This document shows positions 1 through 11,211 of a DNA stretch of 64,000 nt, piece by piece. How positions within the stretch are numbered: the first letter of the stretch is position 1; every line of letters starts with the position of its first letter. The stretch is from the NCBI GenBank assembly GCA_963783265.1, contig CAWAMU010000017.1:286-64285 (forward strand), read 5' to 3'. This stretch comes from an uncultured Alphaproteobacteria bacterium (lineage in GTDB: Bacteria > Pseudomonadota > Alphaproteobacteria > Sphingomonadales > Sphingomonadaceae). The position numbers were made by a program, and so were the translations under genes. The notes below the pieces were generated by a model, which worked only from the letters and a program-made list of their open reading frames with translations, ran no database searches and was not told the DNA's origin.

Positions 1-264
1 ATCGGACGATCGAACAACTCCGGGTTGGACTTCCGATAATCTTCGACCTGCAAGCGGTTGGCGAGCGTAGCGACGATGCTTTCGGCCGTGCGCTGTTCAC
101 CGCCCGGGGTCAGCCTGGCCTCGGCGTCAAAGGGCATCGACAAGTCGCGAAAGCGCGTCGAACATTGCAGGATCGCCGAAATCGGAAAGTCCGGTGCGCT
201 GTCTTGCTGCAGCAAGCAGTTGCTCGGTTTCGAGCTGCGTGGCTGAATTGTCCTTGGTGTCCAT
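1..264 (-). CDS. Sulfotransferase family protein, N-terminal part (runs off window; frameshift ~127)
   Basis: MDTKD..QLLAAARQRTGLSDFGD..ALSRLVDAL continues in another frame as DAEARLTPGG..LANRLQVEDYRKSNPELFDRP, a typical bacterial sulfotransferase N-terminus. Confidence 0.65.
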
Positions 265-345
265 AGTTGCTTTGCTTTCTTTCAGGTTCCTGCGGGGTTC
301 GTCGCGGCTGCATTCTTCCGGACTACAGGAGGACAATCAGAGAAT

Positions 346-1596
346 TCATTCTTCCTCGTTCATCTGCCTATCGACCACCGCGAGTTCCGCTTTCAGCCAC
401 ATGGTCTCCGACAGGTTGTTGCTCCTCCGGAGGCCAGCAACATTTCCAGCGCTGCCCTCTTCGTCCTCGCAGCGCACGCGCGGTGACGAGGCTCTGCGGC
501 GAGCGCAATGTCGAGAAGGTGGATCGCTTCGAGCGGCCTTCCCGCCTCTACATGCTCGCGGGCACGTTCAGCCAGTGGCGTGGCACCGCCGGCCAGTTCT
601 GCCAATCACGATCGATCGAACAGCGCGGCACTCCGTAAAGTCCGGTCGTCCCTTCTTCGAACTTGATCCATCCAGCGTTCTCTCCCAGATCGCCCGCACG
701 GCCCAGCGGGTGTTGCCATGAAACTCTCCGATCCGCGATTCGTCCGGTAGTCGATCTCGCGCATCAGGGTGTGGACGTCCTTGCCTGCGTTCATGCGGGC
801 AATCGTCTCGCTCTCCAGCCAGGACACTGCCGCGTGCATCTTCGCAAGATCGCCACGAATGGTCTCGGCATCGCGCACCGGCTCCCCATGCCCGGTAATC
901 AGAAGTTTGGCCTCCAGGTCTCGCACGATCTCGATTGAGCGGAGATAGGCCCGCACCAGCCGGGCCTGTCCCCGCTTACGGTCGTGAGATTGGGAAGCGA
1001 TTTCCAGACCGGGCCGACCAGGTTGCCCAGGTGAACACGGTCTTCTCATCCGGCAGCCAGACTATAACCGAACATAAAGTCTCGCCGCCGGGAACCTTGA
1101 TAATATCGAAGCGCCGCCCACCCTGCTCGAACTGCAGGAGATCAGACACTTCGATGTCAGGGATGACGACAGGCGGCTTTGGAGGCGGGCCGTTGCGCCG
1201 TGTCAATGACGCCCACAGCTTTCCGGAACGGCGCTTGAGAAACGCATCGAGCCGCCTGAAATAGGCGTCCGTTTCCGTGAAGCCGGCGCCTGCGATAATC
1301 TGCGTATCCGGCTCCACCAGATCAGGCACCGCGCCGAAATGGTCAGCGTGTGCCTGGGTCAGGATGATGCGCCGCAGTGCGCCGGTGCGATGCGGCGCGA
1401 ACAGGTTCCTGTTGCGCTCTCCGTTGCCGAGGAAGCCGGTGTTGACGAGCAGGTCGCCATCGTCGGTGGTAGAAAGGTAGGCGTTGGAAATGTCCTTCAC
1501 CATGAAGATGGTGCTTGTGATCTCCTCTGCGTCAGTCTGGCCGTCGCCCGATGCAACCAGCGCGCCCAGCGGAGTTTGCTTGTCGTCCGCCATCAT
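346..1596 (-). CDS. Metallo-beta-lactamase-fold hydrolase, alkyl/aryl-sulfatase-like (several frameshifts)
   Basis: Contains TQAHADHFG, VPGGET and LITGHGEP, plus a C-terminal helical segment (HLLDIALAAEP..NLSETMWL). Pieces lie in ORFs 976-1596, 606-1049, 393-605 and a final frame ending at TGA 346. Confidence 0.7.
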
Positions 1597-2611
1597 TCGC
1601 CGCTACCAAACTGGATCATGACCTTGGAGGACTGCGGCGTCGCAGCCAGCTCCAGTCCTTGGATCACCTTCTCGAACGGCAGCGTGTGGCTGATCATACC
1701 GGCAATCTTCTCCTTCAGGCGCGGCATCGCGGCGATCACCTCCGGCATCTCTGTCGGATATCCCATCGCAGTGGTTATCGTCATTTCGCTGGTCAGCATT
1801 CGCCCGACGGGAAATTCGATCGGCTTCATGTACGCGGCGGTGATCACCAGGCGGGAATGGTACTTTGCCATCATCACGATGTCGGAAAGGATGCCGGGCG
1901 CACCCGCAGCATCGATGTAGACGTCGGTGCCCACGCCTGCACGATTGAATGAAGCGAGCCCGCCGTGCAGTTGCTCCAGCGTCTCGCGCAGGTCGACCTT
2001 GGTAGGGTCGAGCGCTGCCCTAGCCCCCAGCTCCAGTGCGCGTTCTATCCGTTCGGGCGCAAGATCGAGAGCGACGACATCGGTGATGCCGCGGTCGAGC
2101 AGCCATAAGAATCGTCCCCAGCCCGATCGGGCCACCAAGACCGAAGACAACAACCTTGTCGCCCGGCTTTACCTCCGCGCGGTTGACCCCGTGCATGGCC
2201 ACGGCCAGCGGCTCGCACATGGCCGCGACCTCGTAGGAAATGCCCTCGGGGATCGGCAGGATGCTGTGACCCAGGCGGGCCTCGCGTACCAGCAACTCCT
2301 CTGTAAATGCTCCTTCGGGTCCGCCACTGCCGATAAGACCGGGCGTATTCATCGGATTGACTATCACCCGGTCCCCCGACCTCGATGCCTTCGACTTCGG
2401 CGCCAACTTCCAGCACCTCGCCAGCAGCCTCGTCGACAAAGATCATAATGGATCCCGGTGGAGAGATCCCTCCGAGCTTGATGTAGGATAGATCGCTGCC
2501 GCAGATGCCCACCGCTTTTGTCTTGAGAACCACATCCCGCGGCCCCGTTGCGGGGCGGGCGTAATTATCCAGTCGTACATCGTTGACGTTGTGAATGTTA
2601 AGGACGTGCAT
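1593..2611 (-). CDS. Zinc-dependent (MDR) alcohol dehydrogenase (frameshifted)
   Basis: GICGSDL, AAMCEPLAVAMHGV, VVVFGLGGPIG and DVYIDAAG are spread over three overlapping ORFs. Confidence 0.8.
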
Positions 2612-2632
2612 CTGGCTATCCTCTCGACCGGC

Positions 2633-3426
2633 TCACGGGCTTATCATCCTGCCGCCGTCGATGACGATCGTCTGACCCGTCAGGAACGAGGAGGCGTCGC
2701 TGCACAGATATGCTCCGATACCCTCGAAATCGTCGGGATAGCCAACGCGCTTCAACGGCACTTGCGGCCCGAAATGTCCGGCAAGTGCCTTCGTGCTCTC
2801 TTCGCCTCCCCCCATCATGGGCGATCATGACAAGGCCTGGCGCCACGATGTTGGCGCGTATCGCGTGCTCGCCAAATTCCACGGCCATGCAACGCACAAC
2901 TGCGGCAATTGCTGCCTTGGATGCGGCGTAGTTCTGTTTGCCGGGAAGACCCTGAAACAAAGAAAGACTGCCGCATGCCACTAAAGAGCCGCCCGGCTCG
3001 CCCTTCTCCGCTCGATCAACCATGTGCCGAGCACCTTCGCGGAGGGTGAAGAACGCTCCGTGCAGGGCAACGTCGAGAAACTTGTGCCATTGGTCGGTGG
3101 GTATGTCGAAAACCAAGTCGAAGCCCGGGGGCCCGCCGGAATTAGCGAAGACGCAATCGATCCTGCCAAAGTCGGCCATCAACTGTTCGTAGCCATCCCC
3201 GATCGCTTCTTCGGTGGAGACATCAACCTCGTAGGTCTCCACCCTGCGCGCGCCTGCTTTGATCAGTGTTTGTTTCGCAGCAGCGCTCTTTTCGGCATTG
3301 CGCCCCCAGATCGCAATATCTCCGGCCCATTTTTGCGACCCCGGTCGCGAAACCGAGCCCTATTCCGCCGTTTCCACCTGTGACCAGTGTGACCTTGTCG
3401 GTGCAGTCGAAAAGTCCGCCCGCCAT
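2633..3426 (-). CDS. SDR family oxidoreductase (frameshifted)
   Basis: Shows VTGGNGGIG, YAASK, IRANIVAPG, VPLKRVG and FLTGQTIVIDGG. Confidence 0.85.
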
Positions 3427-3562
3427 TGATACTCTCCAGTTTTTTATGATGCCGAATGTCCGTGAGGCGAAGCAAAGGGTCAAGCGGCCCAATCCACGAT
3501 ATCCAGCCTTACTATCGTTATCTAACAAATTCGACCTGCGCCAAGCGTCTAGGCTGAGACAC

Positions 3563-4595
3563 ATGAAACATAGGAAAACGTACGCAGAAACCGTGTTCGA
3601 GGCGGAGCTTGCTACCCCGTCTGCGACAATACGCCTGGCGCGTTTTTCGCTGGATCGGCCGACCGATCGGGAATTCCGACGCGACAACAGTTATTGGCTA
3701 AGACATGTGCCTCAGCCCGCGTCCCGAAGAACTGCGAGGCTGCTATTATGATCGCTGGGGACCGCATCGCTCGAGCCTCTGGGAGAAATCTTCCTTTTGC
3801 CTCCGGGCAAGTCCCTTCGATTGCGCACTGAAGGATCGACCCGGCACATTTCCATCGTATGCGAGATCAAGAACGATGCAGTGCAGCGATGGCTGCCGGC
3901 GGACATCAAATGGACAGATCAGCGTCTTACGGCCAGTCTCGACATCGTCGATCCGCATATTCGCGCGTGTCTCTTCCGGCTGGCGCAAGAGGTGCGTCGT
4001 CCGGGCGCTGGCAGTAAAGATCTGGCAAATCCACGTCGTAGGACAGTTGGCGATTGAAGTGGCACGCTTTTGCGAAGCGGTGACCGATGGTCCGGCAGTT
4101 GGTGGTCTCGCTTCGTGGCGGCTGCGCCTTATCGACGAGCGCCTTCATCGATACGGCTCTTCCCCTTTACTAGACGAACTGGCAGAGCTGTGCGGATTGT
4201 CTGTCCGCCAGCTTACTCGGGGTTTCAGTGCCAGCCGGGGCTGCACCGTTGGCAGTTACATAGCATCGATGCGCATTGAGCAGGCCAAGCGACGCCTCGA
4301 CACAAACGAAAGCATCAAGGAGATCGCGGGCCTGCTTCCAGGCTTTCCCTCGCCTTCCGCTTTCTCTTATGCATTTCGCCGCGCAACAGGAAGCACGCCG
4401 AGGCAGTTCCGGCCAGGCAACTGCGATCAAGGCCGATACCCACCGCTGGGTTATCGCCTGGCCGGTAATCTGCATGGCCGGGAATTGCCATTGCGCGGCC
4501 CCTCACGCTCGATGCATTCTCGAAACTATCTCGCCGTTCTACGCCGTAGAGCAGAACAGGCGAATGGCGGTTGGTTGAAAGTCATTCGTCATTAA
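3563..4595 (+). CDS. AraC family transcriptional regulator (frameshifted; true stop probably earlier than 4595)
   Basis: C-terminal double HTH: LDELAELCGLSVRQLTRGF..RIEQAKRRL..SIKEIA..GF.SPSAFSYAFRRATGSTPRQFR. Divergent from the SDR operon. Confidence 0.8.
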
Positions 4596-4862
4596 CGGCG
4601 CAAACGCTTGAGCGCTTCGCCGCGATCTGCCGAACCACAGCACTACAAGCAGAACCCGGATTGCTGCCAAAACGCGAGACCTAATTGTTCCATCCATCAC
4701 AGGCAACCCGGGGTTGGCTGTGCATATCGCCGCTGCGCTCTCTTCTCCGGTAACTTTCGCCTCTCCCGCTTTTCTGGTCTTACGAAATTCGTCGAAATGA
4801 TCGCAGAACGGCAGTGCGCAGGATCTCGTTCGCGCAAGGCTTAGTTCGGTACGGAGAGTGGA

Positions 4863-6391
4863 ATGCTGGGAAGGCAAATGAAGGCCCTCGCTGCGGGATT
4901 GGCAATGACTCTGTCGGGCTGCGCCACTGCCTCTGCCCAGCAGGCTGACACGTTGCAGGAGGCGACGGTCACAGTCGATTTTTCTCAGTCGCGCGGCGAC
5001 TTGCTGCGCACGGAACGGTTCAATACCTGGGACAACGGCGATCCTGAGCCGGATCTGCGCGAGCAGGACATTGCCTTCCTGACCGAGCAGGGCCTTCACG
5101 TCCGAAATCGTGCGTATCGGCATCGGCATCGATGACGAGATGTGCGACCTGCAGGCGCAGACCTGCGACTTTTCGGAGGTGGCCTGGATGTTCGATGCTG
5201 CCGACCTGACAGATTCGCTGGTCGTGCATATTACGCCCGAGGGCCTGTTCGAGGACGACCATCAGCCCGCCGACTGCTGCCCCTGCTGACGCTGGCGATC
5301 CGCGAATTGAAGGCACAGGTGCCAAACGTCGATTACATCGAATCCTTCAACGAGCCGGACTGGGTCGATCACGTCATGCAGGTGCGCATGGGTGACGAGC
5401 CGCGGGTTACGCCGGAGGAACTCTACGACTGGTATGTGCCGTTCTACCAGGCCGTGAACACGGTCAACGCCGGACCTGCATCCGAACGAGCGGATCAGGG
5501 TGGGCGGGCCCACCCTGATGAGCTTCGATCATCAGGGCTGGATCCCGTCGTTCCTCGATGGCTTCGCCGCCGATACCAATCCGGACAAGCGGCTCGATTT
5601 CGTGTCCTGGCATGCATACGGCTATTTCGACGAAAGCACGGGCTATCGGTCCTACGTGTTCTTCAAGGACGATCCGACCATGGTGGCCGATCAGCGCGCG
5701 CGGCTGGATGCCATGCTTAAGGAACGCGGCATCACCACCTACATCCCGGCGCTTGTAACGGAAACGGGCATCTACCCCGGACCAGCCTATGACGATCCCA
5801 ATCCCAGCAGGAACGACTGGGTGCGGCAGGGGCCGGGCGTCATGTCACTGCACTACTGGTATGCCGAGCAGCCCGATATCTACCCCTTCCACTGGACGAT
5901 CCGCCACGCTGGCGAAGGGCGCAAGGACCAGCTCGTCACCCTGCGCGGCGATGACGAGACCAGCCCTGTCGAAACCTTCACGCCCTATGGCAACGCGCTG
6001 CTGATGCAGTCGATGCTGCGCGATGAGCGCGTTGTCGCCGAGTCCGATGCGCTGGTCGATGGCAAGGGCGTCTATGCCATTGCCACAAGCGGCGACAACG
6101 GCGCTGCCATCATGATCTGGAACTACCAGGGTACGGACACGCAGGGCTTCCGCGTGAACCTCGATCTTGGCGGTTTTCCCGCAAATGCGCCCGGCCACGC
6201 TGGCGATCCAGCGGCAGTATCACATCGACGCCGAAACCAGCAATTACTGGACCGATCCTGACAACGCCAACCTGCAACAGGTCGGCGAAACCAGAGTTAC
6301 CCTGGGCAATTCGCATCAGGTGACGATCGACCTGCCAGCCAATGCGATGCATCTGATCACGATGGACATCCAGAGCGACCATGCTGACTAG
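4863..6391 (+). CDS. Putative lipoprotein glycoside hydrolase, clan GH-A (GH39-like), frameshifted
   Basis: Lipobox LSGC after a hydrophobic signal. Motifs ESFNEPD (acid/base), LDFVSWHAY and LVTETG (nucleophile), then a C-terminal beta-rich domain. Spread over four ORF pieces. Confidence 0.6.
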
Positions 6392-6500
6392 GGCAGGCCT
6401 CGTGCGCTTTCCGTTCGCGAAAGAGGAATAAGCGCTTCCATCTCCTCGCCGCTCGCAATCACGCATCGGTGAACACTCCAGTCATAAGAAGAGACAATCG

Positions 6501-8536
6501 ATGATCAGGCGTGACCTACTGAAAACCGGGATCGCAGCGCCGGCGCAGGACTGGCCTTTCGGGCGGCGGCGTGAGAATGGCTTTCGCAAGTGCCGTCAGC
6601 CCGTCACCGGACTGGTGGAGGGGACGGGCGATCCGCTGGTTGCAGACCAATCTGCGGGAAACGGACGCTGCGATAGATCCAATTACCTTCGTCGATGAGA
6701 TCGGGCGCTGCATGTGAACACAGCGCTCGTCAACGCGGGCGGGATTACGGCCTATTACCCGACCGACATCGAATTCGCACATGTCAGCGAATATCTGCCC
6801 GAAGGACGCGACCTCTTCGGCGAAATCCTCGCCGAGGCGCACTCGCGCAATATCCGCGTGGTCAGTCGCTGGGACTTCAGCAAGGCTCGCCGCGAAGTCT
6901 ACGAGGCGCATCCCGAATGGTTCTTCAAGATGGCCGATGGCGGACCGGCAATCTACAACGGCCTGTATCAGGTATGCATCAATGGCGGATGGATACAGGA
7001 AAAGGCGGTCGAGATTCTCGGTGAGGGTCTCGAGCGCTACGAGGTGGACGGTTGCTTCTTCAACAACTTCCTCAATCCGTCCCGCGACTATGCAGGCCGT
7101 GAACTGGGTATCTGCCAGTGCGACAACTGCCAGACGTTGTACCAGGAACAATACGGCAAGCCGGTCCCGATGGAGCGAACCCTGGAATACGAGGAGTTCA
7201 TGCAGGAGTGCGGCAGGACGACCTCGGAAAAGATCATCTCCCTGCTGCGCGAAAAGCGTCCCTCGGCAGCGCTTATCGGTGGCACGCCGTCCCTGACCGA
7301 CATCGTTTATGGAGAGTCCAGCACCGCTATCGACAATCCCCTGCCGCTCTGGCCCTACACGGCCAGCGACAATGTGAACAAATGGCGCAATTCCTATCCG
7401 CAGGCCGAGGTGATGTGCCAATCGATGCAGTTCCTGGACTTTCCGTGGCGGTTTTCCTCCGTGCCCCGCGAAGAGATTGCCAGCCGCATCTGGCAAAGCG
7501 TTTCGCACGGCGGTTTCGCGGCGATGAGCCTGAACGGCACGATAGGCGATCTCAAGAACAGGTCTGCCGTCGAAGTAGGCGAGCCGATCTATGCGTGGCT
7601 CAAGGAACACGAGCAACATTACCATAGCCAGGTGAACGAAGCGCGCGTCATGCTTCTCACGCCATCTCAGGGCGGGCAATCAGGCGCTGGTTTCGCTGGA
7701 TCGACGCAATCCTATCGGGGCATGTTCCGGCTTCTATCGGAACAGCATATTCCGTTTGCAGGAATGGCGCATCTGGACTGGCTGGGAACGCGGCCTTCCG
7801 ATCTCGTCATCTCGACCGGTCCGGTTCCGCTCGCCCTGCAAGACTTCGTCAGAAACGGCGGCAACGTGATCGTGACCGGGACGATGGAACCCGAGTTCGA
7901 GATCGCGCCGATCAGGCGACGTCACGAAGATCTGGACGGTGCCTACGTCACGATCCGCGACAAGCAGTTGTTCTCGTCGCTGGAGGATATCGACGTGGCA
8001 ATGCTCGACGGCGATTTCCTCGAGCTTGATGCCGCCGGGCAGAACGCGCTGACCTTCGTGCCGCCCGCGCTCTACGCACCGCCAGAGTTCGTCGGTGCAG
8101 GCTGGGAAGATTCCGGCAAACCCGCCATGGTGGTCAAGCAGATGGGTCGCGGCAGGATTGCCTGGATTCCGTGGGACATTGCGGGCCTCTATCACCGCTA
8201 TAGCCTGGAAAGTCACCAGGGCATTCTGTCCGACCTTGTCGATCACATGCTCCCCCGGGGGAGAGACCTTCGCACGAACGCACATCCCCGGTGCAGATGT
8301 CATTGATGAGGCGGGACGACCGGCATCACCTGCACATGATCAACATGTCCGGCCATTCCGGCACCGCCTATCACGAGCCACTGCCCATGAACCCCTTCAG
8401 GTCGAAGTGAAAGGCAATTTCTCCAGAGCCCGGGCCCTGCGTGCTGGACCAACCGATACCCCTTTCCCGGCGCGACGGTTTTACCGTGTTCGATGTGCCT
8501 CGACTTGGGGAATACGAAATGATCGAGCTTGCATGA
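6501..8536 (+). CDS. Tat-exported GHL6-like hypothetical glycosyl hydrolase with a beta-galactosidase-trimerisation-like C-domain (frameshifted)
   Basis: Twin-arginine MIRRDLLK start. Motifs VNAGGITAYYPT, RVVSRWDFSK, YEVDGCFFN and CQCDNC. The C-terminus VPRLGEYEMIELA ends at TGA 8536. Confidence 0.6.
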
Positions 8537-8539
8537 AGC

Positions 8540-9422
8540 GCGTCCTTTCCAAGTCACGTTGGCAAGCCGTTTTCGCAAGTGAAGCTCCTGCTTGATCTTT
8601 TCGGCAGGGACCATCCACAAGGCGTCGTTGCTATCGGCTTCCAGACTGGCCCTTTCGATACCGGTGATGTCATCCCATCCCATGAACCGCATCATGCCGG
8701 GGCGTTGCGCCGTGAGAGCAAGCCGCCTTGCTCATAAGCCATTAACCAGAGAGGCCCCCTGCACGATCGATATCCGCCATGAGGCTCGGATTGCAGCGAC
8801 AGACAGCAAGACGGAATAGCGCTTCGCTGGAGGCGCGGCTTCAGCGTATCAGTGATTTCCGTAGCGGGGTTCTCGAGCTTCGCGCCCTCTGCGTTGGCAT
8901 AGCGATAGACCGCAGCAACACGTGCTTGAGGCGCCGCGCCGTCTCGATAGCACCTCGGTTCTCAACCTTGCGCAGAACGGCCAGAAGCAGCGGCTTGTCG
9001 ATATCGGCCAAGGGCATGGATCCGAGATCAGGAAAGATGTCACGCTCGAGACGGTGATGCCTCATTGGCATGAACGGACTTCCAGCGCCCCAGTTGAAGC
9101 CCATGCCATTCGCGAGCTACTCCTCGAAGGTCTTCGATGCCCGCTCTTCACCGACGAGTTGTCCGCGTTTCGCAGCATACCGAGGGTCCCGGCCTTCGCG
9201 CAGTATCTTCTTCGCTTCGTCGCGCTTTTCCCGCGCATCCGCTAGCGATACCTCGGGATAGGCGCCGAGCGTGAGCAATCGCTCCTTCTTCTCGAAACGA
9301 TATTGATAGCGCCAACTCTTATGCCCACTCGTAGCTACGTGCAGGTGCAGACCTCTGTTGTCGGTAAGCTTGTAGGCCTTATCCTTCGCCGCCGCCGTGC
9401 GCACTGCCTTGTCCGTCAGCAT
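8540..9422 (-). pseudogene. P4-type tyrosine integrase remnant
   Basis: Arm-binding N-domain MLTDKAVR..YKLTD.RGLHL..SWRYQYRF..LTLGAYPEVSL, with an in-frame TAG at 9117 and frameshifts. Then ERDIFPDLG..RGAIETARR and TAQRPGMMRF..LWMVPAEKIK. No HxxR or catalytic-Tyr region is seen before it meets the GH gene. Confidence 0.85.
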
Positions 9423-9426
9423 CCGA

Positions 9427-9468
9427 TACCCCCAATCCGAGTTTTCGCTACCCCCAAATTACCCCCAC
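9427..9468. repeat. Three direct TACCCCCA repeats, candidate integrase arm-type sites
   Basis: TACCCCCA at 9427, 9449 and 9460, between the integrase start and the tRNA 3' end. Confidence 0.6.
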
Positions 9469-9580
9469 ATACACTTGGCTAGGGGTAGATTGGCATGGAC
9501 GGGATTGGAGTAGTAAATGCCGCAATTGTAAAGGTTTTTGCGCAATTCTGGTTGTGGCTGGACGGCCCTGAAAGGGCAAT

Positions 9581-9671
9581 TGGCGGAGAGGGAGGGATTC
9601 GAACCCTCGGAACCCCATAGGAGCTCAACAGTTTTCGAGACTGCCCCGTTCGACCACTCCGGCACCTCTCC
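9581..9671 (-). tRNA. tRNA-Ser(CGA)
   Basis: GGAGAGG acceptor pairs with CCTCTCC-GCCA. Anticodon loop CT-CGA-AA, long variable arm, GTTCGAATC T-loop, encoded CCA, 91 nt. Confidence 0.97.
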
Positions 9672-9836
9672 GCAAGGGGTATCGGTTAATTTGAGACCCG
9701 CAGTCGATTGGGAACGGCGGCGGTTAGCCGAGAGATTATCTCTTGCCAAGTCCCTTGCGTGCATTTCGTCGCAAAAACGGGGGACGGTAACGGGTCGGTG
9801 CTTGTTACCTCGGGCACACCGCATATATTTGCGCAC

Positions 9837-10217
9837 ATGGAACGCTCTGAATTCTATTCATCCCAGGCTGGTCGGCGCATCGATGCGCCCCGTCGGTCGC
9901 GTGCCCGCTTCGCCATCGGAGACATCGTCAAGCACCGCAAATTCGATTTTCGCGGTGTCGTTTTCGATATCGATCCGGTCTACGCCAATTCGGAAGAATG
10001 GTTCGAGCAGATCCCGGAGGGGCAGCGCCCGGATCGTGACCAGCCCTTCTATCACCTGCTGGCCGAGAACGAAGACAGTTCCTACGTCGCGTATGTCAGC
10101 CAGCAGAACCTGTCGATCGACACCGATGGCGAACCGATCGACCATCCGCAGGTTGAACAATTGTTCGAGGATTTCCGCGCCGGTCGCTATTTCCTGCGCC
10201 GCAGCCTGACGCACTAG
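9837..10217 (+). CDS. hspQ: Heat shock protein HspQ (YccV-like)
   Basis: ARFAIGDIVKHRKFDFRGVVFDIDP..DQPFYHLLAEN..YVAYVSQQNL. Confidence 0.9.
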   Translation: MERSEFYSSQAGRRIDAPRRSRARFAIGDIVKHRKFDFRGVVFDIDPVYANSEEWFEQIPEGQRPDRDQPFYHLLAENEDSSYVAYVSQQNLSIDTDGEPIDHPQVEQLFEDFRAGRYFLRRSLTH

Positions 10218-10220
10218 ACA

Positions 10221-11111
10221 TCAGCTCTTTATCTTCCAGCCGCTTTTGAGCACGCGGTAGGTGATGAAGCCCAGCACCAAATTCAGCACGCCGACGCCGA
10301 TTGCAGCGCCGATCACGGCCTGATTTGTGTCACCGATGTCGCTGGAGCCCAGGAAGCCGAAGCGGAAGCCCGAGATCATGTAGAAGAACGGGTTGGCCTT
10401 GCTCACCATCTGGAAGAACGGCGAGAGGTTGGAAATCACGTAAAACGTTCCCGACAGCAGGCTGAGCGGTGCGACGATGAAATTGGTAATCGCCGCGTTG
10501 TGATCGAATTTCTCTGCCCAGATGCTGGCCAGCAGGCCGACGATCGCCAGCATGGCTGCACCCATCAGGCCAAACCAGATAATCGCCCAGGGGTGCGCGG
10601 CATGCAGGTCCACACCGGGATAAAGCCACATGGCCAGCGCCACCGCGCCGCCCACCATCACCGCGCGCGTGATGGCGGCCATGACAATGCCGATCATCAG
10701 TTCCGCCTCGGACAGGGGCGGCATCAACAGGTCGATGATGGTGCCCTGCAGCTTGCCCGCAAGCAGGCTGAAGCTGGAATTGGCAAAGGCATTTTGCATC
10801 ATGCCCATCATGATCAGGCCCGGCGCCACGAAGGTGCCGAAGTTCACCCCCATGATCTCGCGCCCGCCGCGGCCCAGCGCCACGGTGAAAATCACCAGAA
10901 ACAGCAGGGTGGTGACGGCTGGTGCCCAGACTGTTTGCGTCTGCACCTTGAGAAAGCGGCGGATCTCCTTAATATAGAGACTCCACAGCCCGATCCGGTT
11001 GATACCGGTGATCTGCGGCTCTCCCTTTGGCGGGAATTTGCGCCCGGCGTTGCTGCCGGTGGCCAGGAGATCGCCGTTCGCGGAAAGTGATGCAGGTGCT
11101 TGATCGGTCAT
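10221..11111 (-). CDS. ABC-2 type transporter permease
   Basis: EIRRFLKVQTQTVWAPAVTTLLF..FVAPGLIMM..PLSLLSGTFY..NPFFYMISGFR. Confidence 0.85.
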   Translation of the reverse strand: MTDQAPASLSANGDLLATGSNAGRKFPPKGEPQITGINRIGLWSLYIKEIRRFLKVQTQTVWAPAVTTLLFLVIFTVALGRGGREIMGVNFGTFVAPGLIMMGMMQNAFANSSFSLLAGKLQGTIIDLLMPPLSEAELMIGIVMAAITRAVMVGGAVALAMWLYPGVDLHAAHPWAIIWFGLMGAAMLAIVGLLASIWAEKFDHNAAITNFIVAPLSLLSGTFYVISNLSPFFQMVSKANPFFYMISGFRFGFLGSSDIGDTNQAVIGAAIGVGVLNLVLGFITYRVLKSGWKIKS

Positions 11112-11211
11112 GGGGGCGCGACTATCTCTCCTGTGCCGGGCTGGCAAGAACACAAAGGACCGTGCACATTATCGTGAACGGGCCACAAGATGAACGGAAC
11201 ACGATAACTTC

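Larger units (their letters stand above)
1..9580. mobile_element. Right end of a tRNA-Ser-anchored genomic island (left end outside window)
   Basis: A P4-type integrase remnant lies directly downstream of the tRNA-Ser 3' end. Catabolic cargo, visibly less GC-rich intergenic DNA and a switch to core genes after 9671 agree. The second att copy is not visible. Confidence 0.75.

Noticed and set aside
4599-6440. LacI-type operator-like sites (GCAAACGCTTG near 4600, AAGCGCTT near 6430) before the glycosidase genes
   Set aside because: Only short imperfect cores, and no LacI gene is in the window. Too weak to call.
9459-9836. 125-aa minus-strand ORF
   Set aside because: It is the tRNA-Ser gene and att region read as protein.
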